Assembly (NCBI RefSeq): GCF_009834535.1 | Contig: NC_045696.1 | Span: forward strand, 27,716,001 to 27,780,000 | Origin: Camelus ferus | Lineage: Eukaryota | DNA length: 64,000 nt | Direction of reading: 5' to 3' | Shown here: piece by piece, positions 49,791-61,949 of the stretch | Layout: every line of letters begins with the position of its first letter | How positions within the stretch are numbered: position 1 is the stretch's first letter | Notes under the pieces: model-generated | Seen by the model: the letters and a program-made list of their open reading frames with translations, nothing else | The model's database searches: none | What the model was told of the DNA's origin: nothing | Program-made: the position numbers and the translations under genes

Positions 49791-52742
49791 TTTGGGGAAA
49801 AAAAATGTAGGAAGTGGTTTATATAAGCCAGGAGGCGCTAAGGTCCAAACGTAGTGCTTTTATTTTGGCATCAGTTTCTGTTAGTATTGCTATATAATTA
49901 TTTTTGCAGTTCTGTAGAATACTATTTACTTTGAGATGAATAGTCTCTTCCCTCACCTAACTGCCCTGAACCCCTGCCTCCACCATAAAAGTCATTTGGT
50001 TTATGAATGTTGTATAAATTTCCTGTTCTTTCCACATAGCAATCTCTGAACTGCTGTGCATCAAATCCCCTATCTTAGAAAATGATGATAGTGCCTGTGA
50101 AAGGCTTTGTCAAATACACACTCCCTGTCCTAAAATGCACGTGCATCTTCCTTCATGCTGGCCCCATGCAGGTGATAACCTATAGGTGGATCACTGGCTG
50201 CTAATGAATCTGGGCAAAACTGCGCTACCCGTGAGCAACCCATGAGTCCGGCTATATACAAGGGTGTATTAGTTCTGCGGTTCATGTGCACTTAAGCCCA
50301 AATAGCAATGTCTCCATATTAAATCAATTTTCTTTCATTAAGTGTAGAAATAGATCATGTGCTAACAGTTTCTTTTCTATCTATGCTCACTTTCCACATG
50401 TGGGGGGATATATATACTTCATCTGTAACAATCTTTTTCTTCCCCCTCTACCACTCATTTTCTAAGGACACACCCCACATGAAAGCAGACATCATAAAAT
50501 AATTGGGGGAAGCAGTTTGTAATATATCTTACCTCTCTGCTCCATATCCCAACAAACAATTTATATGTAAATACACAGAGCTAAGGCAGACACTAACTTG
50601 GCCTAAATTAAATGACAGTCTGTCCCTGAGGACCAGCAAACATTCTCCAGGACACCAAGGATTATGGTCTTTTCCCTCAATTGCCTGGCAGGACAAAGGA
50701 CCGTTTGCATAATAGACATCCAGTCTCAGACCACCAATTTACATACAGAGAAATTAAAGTCTGATCAGAGAGCATGTGTGCATGATCAGTGTATGTACAG
50801 AAAACTCATTCTTTCTTCCTGTTTTGGCAACACTAATTTAAATATTTCTCCTCTTGGACAGCTTGATTTGCATTAACTCTGTAACTTAAATGTCATAAAT
50901 GTCAGATATCAATGATTCTTATATCTTTATTTATGTCCTATATCCACGTACAAGAACATTGCATTAAGGAAATGAAATCCTCATGCTTTTTAAGAGGAAA
51001 AGTACTATTCTGTATGCTAAGGGAAAAATAAAATCCAAACTAATGTATCACTAGAAATGCAGGGAAAATATTTTGTGCTAGCACACATACTTGGAAAGCA
51101 AATAGTATAATTTAAATTTTTGCTGATTTTTTTCTTTCCCCACACCTCGTTAGGCAGAGAGCATCATAAATCCACCCATAGGTGTTTGTTAATTTTATGA
51201 TTTTTTTTATTAATGAAATAGCATTAACAATGAAATGACCATAATATGAACTTTTAAAAAGATTTTCGTTACATAGATTTTTAAAGGTAACTTATTTTTT
51301 AAAGTCTTAGACAACTCATTCTAGAAGCTAATTAGAAAGCTAATTACCAGAATGGAAATGATTCCAATCTGTCTGAGGGCAATTTAGGTCACAGATATGC
51401 TTTAAGGCCAGGGAAAGGGACATCATCTTTCAAGTTAAAAAAAAAATCCTGGTTCTACGCTTAATGTTCATGTATAATAATATGAATTATGCATATATGA
51501 TTTATTCCTGGATTTCTGTAAAATTTTAGGTGATTTTTTTCATATGTTTTGTTTAAGGAAGTGATGTCTCAAGTGAAATTAAGCACATTAACTTACTGCA
51601 TGACTATTGGTTCTCATGGTGTGGAATGTTACATAGAATTTTTCAAATCTATTTGATCAAAGAATCTTTTTCCCTTGCTGTGGGGTATCTCCAAAAAGTA
51701 CTCTTTTCTCAAGAAGTAGCTGAATTAAAAATAATTATTTGCTACTTTAATATAAATAGTTAGAAAGAGAAAAAAAAGAATTGAAAAGCAACTCCCCATC
51801 ATACTCAGCTGGAATAAAGTGAAAAATACGGAGACATTTTAAGCAAGCCCATTTTCCTTTCTGAAAGAGGATGATGGATAGAAACCCACCTTGGAGATGA
51901 AAAAGCGATGGGAAAGATGATCTCAGAGGGAGCTGTATCTAATAGTTTCACCCTGAATATTTTGAGAAATCATTAAAATAAGTCAATGCTAACCACATTA
52001 ACCAGTAATAATCACAAATTTTAGCTAATAAATTATTAATGTAACATAGCCCATTTGTCAGCAAAAAACACTTTATCCAATCTTCTCCTTCTCCTCATTA
52101 CCACTCTAAAAAGTCTGATTAACTGTCAGTTATATACATAATTCTTGTTACAGTTTGTTTATTGCTTCTCAGCCACCCAGTAATCCTAGTAGATGAAAAT
52201 ATTTTTCATTTGTCACAGTGACACGTGCTATGAAGTGAAGATATGAACAGCTGCAAGGTCTCCTAAGCTGATAGAAGATAACATATATATATATATTTTA
52301 AGATTCCACCTGATTTTTTTAAACTTCCTATTTAGCTAAAATTAAACACAGGATTAGACTCTGGTTTCAGATATGGCTTTAATGTGAGAGGACAACAGTT
52401 TCAGAAACAGATTCAGCTAAGGCTTTGACCGTCATGCCTCAAACTTGACATTTTAACAAATTCCTTCGAAGGAACTTATCCTCCAACACATTCTTAGATT
52501 AGCCTTGCTTAACTCATGGCTCTTAAAGCCTTCTTAATTATTCTCTGTTTAGTCCCGCCCAGGCACTATTTTCATCAACTTCCTCTGTGCTGGCGTCTTG
52601 GGTGGTAGATTACATTGCTTTACCCTTAGAATATTTCTGCATTTCTACATTCTTGCTTGAGCCATGGATAATCACAATACAATTAGCCACAAGGATAAAA
52701 TACAAGCATATAAAGTACATGTAAAAAAAGGGGAGGTTTGGC

Positions 52743-52768
52743 GGGGGTGGGGTGGGGTGGGGCTGGGG
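52743..52768 (+). other. G-quadruplex-forming motif
   Basis: ggggg t gggg t gggg t gggg ct gggg: five G-runs with 1-2 nt loops. Confidence 0.7.
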
Positions 52769-54389
52769 ATTTTGATTTTATTTGTGCAGAGAAACGTAGA
52801 GTTTAAAATAAATGTCTCTACTATTTCAGGATGGTTTGTAGTTATGTGTTTAAAGAAAAGTTATCTCACATAAATATCTGATTAAACAATCTTACTGAAT
52901 GGGATTCCAAATAAAATCAGCTCTAAGTAATGGTAAATGATCTATGGTTCTGTTGGTAGAAAGGTATAGAGCGTTGGCAGTAATAAAAATATCATTTAAA
53001 CTCTGATCTACAATTCTTATACATGAGCTAGGTACAACAAGTGGAGATGGGAAATAGCAGGAAATCTTATTTCTAAAGATCATATAAATGAAACTTAACA
53101 GTAGAAGCAGAAACAATGCTCATGAGATACTGAAATCTTCTTATACAGACAAGTTAAGTTTCATACTGTGAAACTTTCTCAAGGGCATGTAAATTGGCAT
53201 AAGGTCCCCGAGTATGTTTATTTATTCTGCATGATGAGTAATCCAATATTGATAAATTGGGCAATTTTGAAAATAAATCTTGCTATTGTTCTTTGAGAAA
53301 TCTGAAGTCTTGTCAGCAATGGGCTGGAATTCCCATATGAAAAGAATTGGCTTTAGAGAATAAGTAAATGCTCCCTAAACCATCCCACCACGTCCTTTTG
53401 TTTTTGGAGGGCAATTTTATGCTTTATTAGGGTTGGGCTAGTGTCCACCACTTACATATCCTTTAGAGATTACAACATGCTTCCACATCCTTAGTCTCAT
53501 GACTGGTGGTTCATAACTTTGCCTTTTTAAAAACTTTTATTTTTTCCTATTTTCTTATATCCAGGCCGTTTCATGCGTGTACAGTGCCTGCAGGCACTGG
53601 TGTTTGAAGCTCTTTGTACCAACTACAGTAAATTCTTTTGGATGGAATCCAAATTCCATCTCTCTTACACTGAATCCTGCTTTATTGCAAAGAGGGAGGT
53701 GATAAATTTATAGTACATGATTAAATATCTGTGTTCTAACATGTGCAAATAAATTATTGATAAGAGTATTTCAGAATATCAAGATAATTCTAACTATATT
53801 AGTTTTTAAGTGTTAAAGAGTTTTCTAAGTAATAAAGAATCTTTTATTTTCAGAAGGTAGCAGACAAGGTGACTCCCTTCACCTTGAGGTGGTGTTGTCT
53901 TGATTTTGCTAAAATAAGTTTATTATTGACTAGTACAAATTTGTGCGGATACTCCTATTTATTTCTGTGGGTAATAAGGCTCAGATTCATTTCATTTGAT
54001 TCTAAGACAATCAGGAACAAGATAAGTAATGGAATATTAGTCATTTATAGATGAAAATGTATCTAGTTGTATAGTATATTTTAGATAGATGAATGTCTAA
54101 GTTTCCAAAGTAAAGATTAGCCCAACCTATAATACATAAAGTATAATTACTCCACAAGCTTTCTGGGAGTATTCTTTGACAGAAGCAGGGCTGCTTGTTT
54201 CTCCCCACGCCATTTGTTTATTCTTAGTCCAATAATCCAGTAGTTGTCCCTCCCCCCACACCCCACCGCTAGATTATGAGTCGTTTTCATGATTGATTTT
54301 TTGTGTAGCTGAACAGGTAGGCTGGGACTAAGATCAGAAATAGTTGTTAAGTAACTTGTATCAGAACCTAACTGTGGTTCAACCGAAAA

Positions 54390-54560
54390 TGCCTTAGAGG
54401 TTAAAAGATTTGAGGGTCGTTCCCATGTTACCATGGAATAGCTGTGTAATCTTGTACAAATTGCTTAACCTCTCTGAACATTTGCTTTCTAACTTGAAAA
54501 CAAAGATTGCTGGAGTAGATAATTTTCTATAGGTTTCTTGCATCTTCAGCTTTCTGATCA
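54390..54560 (+). mobile_element. MIR (MIRc/MIR3-like)
   Basis: tagctgtgtaatcttgtacaaattgcttaacctctctgaac...ttgaaaacaaag...ggagtagataat. Confidence 0.7.
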
Positions 54561-56438
54561 TTAACTCAGTTCTAAAACTGAATTTAGTTAATATTGAGAA
54601 TCTTCTATATTATATAGAATATACGACAGGAAAGCTTTTTATTTTTTGTTTGTGTGTGTGTTTACTGTTGCTTTGAAAGCACTGACTTGAAATGAAATTA
54701 AATTGAAATGAAAGCATTGAATTGAATCATGCTCCTAAGTAAAAAAGATACAATACGTATTATATGATAAACAAGAAGTATTCATTTAAATTACTAAAGA
54801 GCTTCTGACCAATCTGGGTACTGCATTTCCTTTAAATTAGTTCTTAAAAATGTTTCATTCTTGACTTAATATGCTATATTTAAAGATGCCTAGGAATGTT
54901 AGCATTAAGGGACAAATCAATATCTGTTCTTATTTTTCAGCTGCTTGTTTTTTGTTTTTTTTTTTTTGCAGGGGGAAGGTGCTTAAGTTTTATCTGTGTG
55001 ATGGGTATACAAAATTCTATAAAAATCAAATGAAATTGATCTCATCATAAACATCCATCGAAAAATATGCCAAGTGAAATCTAATATAATTATTATATTA
55101 TAGTTTCCCACCAAACAAAGTAAATGAAAGCATGCAAGGGCACTTTAATGGGCATGTTAACTTGTACCAAGTAAATGTGAATCTTTAGCTATCTCTTATC
55201 CCATTGTGTATGCTAACAGGATTAGCTAGTATTAGTCCCTCATCCACAAGAAGTGTGATATGCAGTGTGACCTGCAAATCTCTCCTGGGATTCAAAAGGG
55301 CTAAGTTGAACCATGCATGATTTCAAAGCAATTCTCAGCACAATTATCTGCTTGACCTGCAAGATGAACAAGCATATCATTTAATTAATTGCCAAGCTCT
55401 TGTGAACAGTGCTGTTCATTTTTCTAGTAATCGTCTGATGATACGCACTTGCTGATTCTTATGGGAATGACCAGAATTGCACATTAACTGGTCTGATGGC
55501 CACTTTCCACAGTTCCATCAAACACTACTTTTAATCTTGACATGAATAATTTTTTTATAGGAGTCCCATAAAAGCATTCAAAAGACAGCGTTAACAGCAG
55601 CTGTTTCCTTACTGCCGTGATAAATACTTTTGATCACCTAGAGTCATAATACAAAAACATTTCCTTCCCCACTTATTTATGAGGTACAAATGTAAGCCAT
55701 ATCTTTAAAACTGTAAAGGCATTTAGCAGTTTAAAATTTAGTCATATCTGTGGTGTGCTGAAGACTAATCCAGAAGGAATAGAATTGATGAAACGAATAT
55801 ATTCATTTATTCAGCTAGAATACAGGTGAAAAATTTCCATTTCATGTGGATGTGTGGTAAGCAGAGGAAAAGGGGATGTATGCTTTTCTGTTATCAGAGA
55901 AAATAGAATACAGTGAAACTACTGTGATGTAAAAATTCCAATCTGTTATTATATATATTTATTCGGTGCACTCAACTAGGAATTTGTTTTCTAAACAAAC
56001 AAATGAAAAAGCAATAGACAGGCAGGGCGAGAAGAAAAAAAGAATCCCCAAACTACTTGGCCACAGATCTTGTCTACTGGATTCTCCTCTCCTCTGTCTC
56101 CTCGCCTTTGTTTTCCCTCCCTTCTCCCCTCTCTTCCCTCTTCCCCACTCTCCTTATCTCTGAATCTCTCTCTCTCTCTGTCCCATTGTCTTAGTGTTTA
56201 GGTTTCTGTTTCCCAGCTTGAGTTTCTATTGTATTTTCAATGAGATCCAGATTCTAAAGTATAATAAATAAAAAAATCAATGAGTTAGACAGCTGAAATA
56301 TTTCCAACTCATTGTGATTGTCAATTATGTATCACCCAAATTTCCTGATACAGCATAAAGAGATAAAGTCAATGACACACTGTGTGGCTGCAGTCTTTAA
56401 ACCAATGGCTACCAGGTATATTTCTAATTGTAATGGTT

Positions 56439-56459
56439 TATGTGTGTGTGTGTGTGTGT
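56439..56459. repeat. (TG)n microsatellite
   Basis: About 9-10 tg units. Confidence 0.9.
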
Positions 56460-56674
56460 TTTCTCCCTGAGAAGCTGGCCCAACTTTGTGTCATAGAGTA
56501 AGATTAGCCTATGGTATACCTTTAGAGAAAAAAAATAGAATAAATCGTTTACTAAATAAATAATGACAAAAAGTAGATATTCCTTTACCTCCTTGCGTAA
56601 ATTTTTTTTCAGGTAAAACCAGGTAATTGGTAAATATTTTCAAATGGTTTCCTCAGAATTTCTTTGCTGTAGCT

Positions 56675-57113
56675 CAAGATTTCTTTTTATTTACTTATGT
56701 GTTATAATTAACGTGTACTATTATATCACTCCCAGGTATATAACATAGTCATTTGAGATTTTTATACATTATGAAATGATCACAAAAAGCCCAGTTACCA
56801 TACAAAGTTGTTACAATGTTATTGGATATATTCCCTAAGTGTACATTACATCCTCTTGACTTATTTATAGCTGGAAGTCTGTACTTCTTAATTTCTTAAT
56901 CTCAATGCTATTGACATTTTTTTGCATTGGATAGTTCTTTGTAGTAGGGGCGTGGTCTGGGAATTGTAGAGGTTTAACATCATTCCTGGCCTCTACCCCT
57001 AGATGCCAGCAGCAACCCTCTACCCACACTGTGACAACCAAAGAGTGCCTTCAGACATTACCAAATGTTCCCCGGGGAGGTCGAGGTAAAGTTACCCCAG
57101 TTGAGAGCCACAG
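56675..57113 (-). mobile_element. MER20 hAT-Charlie element (split by L1)
   Basis: tttcttaatctcaatgctattgacatttt...cctggcctctacccctagatgccag...gtgacaaccaaa...cagacattaccaaatgttcccc...ccagttgagagccacag equals reverse-complemented MER20. Terminal caagatttct piece at 56675. Confidence 0.9.
56686..56891 (-). mobile_element. Short LINE-1 3' end inserted in the MER20 terminus
   Basis: caggtatataacatagtcatttga...tgaaatgatcac...ccatacaaagttgttacaatgttattggatatattcccta...ctggaagtctgtacttcttaat is an antisense L1 3' UTR. Confidence 0.8.
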
Positions 57114-58289
57114 CTTCAGATTAATGCTCTGAAATGGGAAAATCTGGCCAGCTTCTCCCATTCCTAACACACACTAAAACACACAATTGTGGAAAGGAAG
57201 GCATATTTTCTCTTCCAAGGAGAACAAATAGTAATGTCCTCCAGACAAGGAGGAGGTAATCAGTTAAAAAAAAATAATATACAGCTTCAAGTACATTATT
57301 TACATCATCATTTTAAATCATTCCCAGAATGTAGGTACCCCTGGGATAAGGAAAAAAGAGGGAACCTGGGTCAGTAATTGAAGAAAATACACATTTATAG
57401 AAAATTATATGATATATTGACACTGATGAGAAGCAGACCCAGTTTTATTTTCAAGTTTTAACTCAGAATGAGTCCATCCTAAGGGGATATACTGTCACAT
57501 TTAATGCATCTGTTTAACATACTCACATAGCTTGCTTAGCTATTCTAAATTAGTCAATTATTTTTCTTAAATTCCCATAGTTTTATGGATCCTAGTTCAA
57601 AGCTTAGTGTCTGAGTGAATTCATCTAATTTTTAAAAGGTATATAATTAAACTCAAAAACGGCTTTTTTCAATTCCAAATAGTAATAATTTACCACCATT
57701 CCATTTTACATCTAACACAAAAGTTTACATCTACCTAAAAGTCTGAGTGAAGAGAAGAAAAAATAAAATTTTGTCACTTAATGATTTTTTTGAAGTAACA
57801 TTTTCCAAGCTGGAGTGAAGAACTATAAGGACTCATTAAAAATTTGAGTGAACGTTAATTGATCTTACAATTATTCTAATTATGTTAATTTAATTGTTGA
57901 TTTTTATGGAAATAAGATGTTATCTCTTTGAGATTAGGACACTGGTTAGAAAATGTCCTTAGATACGTACATGAATACTGTTCAAATACATAGAATTGTA
58001 CAGATTAATTGCAGTTGTTATGTTAAAACATCTTGTTTGTAAAATGGAAGTTGACAAAAATTCTGGGGCACTCAGTGGTATGAAAGGTAGTCCTTAAATG
58101 GAGAGTTGGAGTTTACACTGAGTGTACTGTGACTTGTCTTCCTCCCAACATTCTTTTTTCACTATATTCATCCTTTCCTGTGATACCTACTTCTCTGCTG
58201 ATCTCTTCTCCCATTACAATCATCATTTTATTTTCCAGTTGTTGGTATTGCTTTTCACTTCTGTTTTCCCAGGCAAAACCAGAGAAACA

Positions 58290-58510
58290 CTATATGTGTG
58301 ACATAAATGCAAATAAGACAGTTTCTGTAATCAGATATGTAAACTTGGCCAATTTATTAACTCCCAGAAGTCTCAGTTTTTTCATGTGTAAAATGATAAA
58401 GTGAAGTTACCTCACATGATTAGTATAAGAATAGCAATTACTATTAATTCATGAAGGTACTAACACATTTTTGGTCAAAGAGTAGACGCTCCATAAAGAG
58501 TGAATATTAT
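58290..58510 (+). mobile_element. MIR SINE
   Basis: atgtaaacttggccaatttattaactccc...tctcagttttttcatgtgtaaaatga...tacctcacatgatt...gagtagacgctccataaa. Confidence 0.75.
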
Positions 58511-58820
58511 TCTTCACCAGTTTGAAAATTCAAGAGCATTTTCCCCCTTTGGGAAAAGAATATTATGGTACATATAAAATAAAATGTTGAGGAAGCCCAA
58601 TATAACATAAAATGTCTTTCTCATAAATTTAGAGTCAAGTATAATTTACTATGGGTCTTTATTTTCTATTTTCTATCACTTTTTATCTCTTAAATTGATT
58701 GCATCTGTGGATTATAAAAGACCTTAAAAAAAGAAAAAAAAAAAAAAAAAAAAGACCATAGGCCCTTTTGCCATTTGTTTACAACCAACATAATTTCTAG
58801 ATTTTTCTAAAAATTTGTTG

Positions 58821-58873
58821 AGCTCTAAGATTTAAGATTTAAGCTCTAAGATTTAAGATTAAGCTCTAAGATT
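58821..58873. repeat. Short tandem repeat, 20-21 bp unit, about 2.5 copies
   Basis: agctctaagatttaagattta / agctctaagatttaagatta / agctctaagatt. Confidence 0.95.
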
Positions 58874-60989
58874 CTGAACAGAATACAATTATATTCCATA
58901 TTTGAATGGAGTTACTATAATATATATAACAAAAATATTGTAAATGTCTGGTGAATAATTGAACATGTTTAAGCTAAATCACTTATTTTGTTAAAAAAAT
59001 GAGAAGTGTTTTTAGATCAGATAGGGTTTTCTAAGCCTTGGAAGCTCTTGCTGTTAGCTAGATTTTCCTTCTGGTACTCAGTATGTCACAATTATTATCT
59101 ATCAACAGAACATTATAGGAATTAGTGACCAAACCATTCAGAGACATTTTATACAAATGGTATAAATTGAGCCTAAGTTCTCCTGTGGGTACTGAAAGGA
59201 AGAGGGACAAAGAAATTTGGAAGCAAAATTGTCTGTTTCAAACCTGCCTTCTGACCTTCCTGCTTGATTTTGTTCAAAAGCCAAGTTTCTTTAAATTTTC
59301 AATCCAATTCTCTTGGATCGCTCACACTTAGAAACCAGGAAGCAGGGGACACAAAAGGAACAGTGAATACCAGAGATGCTGAGAACATTTACCAGAAACA
59401 TGGAAAAAATGTATTTCTGAAACATCTGAATTGTATCTTAAAAATCTAGGTTTTCCTCCTCTTTTTTTAAAAACAAAACCAAAACCAAAAACGTTTCCTT
59501 TAACCCTGTAGTCACTGTTGATGAACAGCAATATCTACCTGATTCTAGTAACAGCCAGAAGGCAATTGTCCAGCTGTATACATCTCCCCATATGCAAATA
59601 TAAAGAATCTGATCTATCTCCTGATACTTGAGACCCAAAGGCAGCAATAGGACTATTCTGGGACCAGTTCCCTCTCCTGAATGACTTCAATGAGCCGAGT
59701 ATGCATTAACATCAGCAGGCCAAATGACTGATGGCACGGGACCCATCCATATTTATCTTCTCAGGTCTGGACAGACATCCTATTGATTCGTAGGTCATTA
59801 CACAACGTGTTAACAATCCACTGCCATCCAGTTCAAAAGGAAATTTGAAATTAGTGATGGGTCTTCCTGCAGGTCTGTGCCGAGGGCACAAGATGGGTAG
59901 TCAAGCATTACTCTGTTTTGACATCACTACACTCTTCCCCCATTTAATGTCAGTCTTACACAGAAGACTCTAAGAGATGGAAAATACAGAGCTTGTCTAG
60001 TTAAAGGAATGTTTTAAAGACTGTAAGTCTGTTCATATGGCCAATGTTTTCACGATAGAAAAATCATTTCTGAGAAAACTCAAGAAAAAAATATATACAC
60101 CTTCACACATGTATATGTGCACACACATGCACCAAAACGCACAACCTGAAATAAAGTTAATGCATTTACTACATAGGAGAGAGATGTTTAAAGTGTTCCA
60201 AAAATGACCCCATTTTATTCTAGAACAAATGTGTGCAAATGTGTCTTATGTGTATATTAGTATGTATAAAAGGAGAGTTTGACTAAAGTCATTTTAAAAA
60301 GAAAACAAGCAAAACAAAAGAAAGCTAAAAACACAATCCAGATGAAAAATCAATATAAAAAATCCAGATTAGTCACTGTGATCATCAGTTTTGAAATTCT
60401 CACTCAGTCGACACAGAAAAAAAGTCATGACTGTTTTTCAACCAAAAAAAAAAGTTTTAAAAACACCAAAATGTGTCTTACATTCAGTCAGCTGGAATCT
60501 TCCCTTTCTGAGAGCAGTGCTGAGAAGTTTGTAAGAGTGAAACAGAGTCCTGCTTTCTTCAGCCATTCTCATGCTTTCGAAGTTCGTGTAACTTGATTTC
60601 TGCAGTTTCAGAACCTGGCAGTTAATTTAAGTTCAGGCCTTGACATGCCTGGAGGCGCTCAGCTGTGAAGGCAGCCTCATGCAGGGTAACAGCACCGTGC
60701 TTTATTTGGTTTTGAAAATTAAACCAAAAGGCGACTATTCAGTGGGCTATTTGATAGGGAATTAAGTTCTCAAATGACATTAAAATCATCCTGTAATCCG
60801 GAGGTGACTTTGAAATTAAAAGCCCACTTTAAAAAGCTCATAGCACAATTTATTCATCCACATGTGTGCTGTACCCTATAACCCTGGAGGGCCCCACATT
60901 TATTCCAACAATGTATTCATTGATCCAAATATTTGTGTAACTTCTCTATTGGAATTGTCCTCAAACCCCATTGCATTTCTATGCCTATG

Positions 60990-61380
60990 ATTAATTCATG
61001 TGTGTACTAACTTATTCATTCTACAATTATTTCTTGAGCCTCACTAGGTTCCAGGTATGGTTCTAGCCACTGGTGATAGAGCAGTGAATGAAAAAGATGG
61101 ATGAAAACCTGCTCTGCAGGAACTTGCCTCTTAGTGTGAGAAGAGAGGCAAAAATAGGCGAGTAAATCACACGGCATGGCAGAGGACAGAAAGTGCTAAG
61201 GAGAAAATGAAGCTAGGAAGGAGGATATTAGGGGCTTGGATGGGAAGAAGAGCTTTCTGCAAAAGTTCCACTGCAAGGGGATCATTTGAGCAAAGATCTA
61301 AAGGTGGTGAGGAAGTGAGCCATGCATATACCTTAGGAAAGAACATTCCAGACAGGAAGAAAGAACAGCATGTGCAAACT
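60990..61380 (-). mobile_element. L2 3' fragment
   Basis: ttattcattctacaattatttcttgagcctcactaggttccaggtatggttctagccactggtgatagagcagtgaa...catttgagcaaagatctaaaggtggtgaggaagtgagccatgca...cagcatgtgcaaa. Confidence 0.85.
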
Positions 61381-61471
61381 TATCCTTTATGGCATTTTTC
61401 GAGGTACATTTGAATGTGGAGATAAAAACAAAGTTTAGTAATTTGGAAGGAGGGAAATGAAAGAATCCTTG

Positions 61472-61548
61472 TAAATCAAATCATGATGCTGTACACCTTA
61501 AACTTGTCCAGTGCTGTATGTGCATTATATCTCAATAAAACTGGAAAC
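61472..61548 (+). mobile_element. L1M 3' terminal fragment
   Basis: aaatcatgatgctgtacaccttaaacttgtccagtgctgtatgtgcattatatctcaataaaactggaa. Confidence 0.8.
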
Positions 61549-61949
61549 AAGATTTCCCCAACCGTGCACATATGACCATACACACATGGACACACAGAAC
61601 ATAAGAGAGTTTTGTTATAAGGCAGTTGTGATTCTTTATTGTCTGGAAGCTCTCCCTCACGCCAGTCCTATGACTATTCTGCCCACTTTCGCGCTGCTTT
61701 GTTGCATACTTAGAACCAATATTCATCACTTAGCAAATTCCAATTTACTGTCAACTTCTTTTCTCTCCGCCTCCTTGCCTTCACTGAAACTTGGCTCACC
61801 TCTGGAGAGACCACTAAGCCAGCAGAATTCTTCAGTGCTTTCTATTTTTTTCCCCTAATACATTAGATATGTCATGGGCTGGTTCTTCCACATTCTCCTT
61901 TACAGTTTCCCTGCCCCCAATACTTCCCTGCCCTCTTGTTAAAAGCAAA

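Noticed and set aside
53582..53599. Perfect 18-bp palindrome cagtgcctgcaggcactg
   Set aside because: About 0.2 such 9-bp-arm palindromes are expected by chance in 64 kb (64000/4^9), so it is not significant alone.
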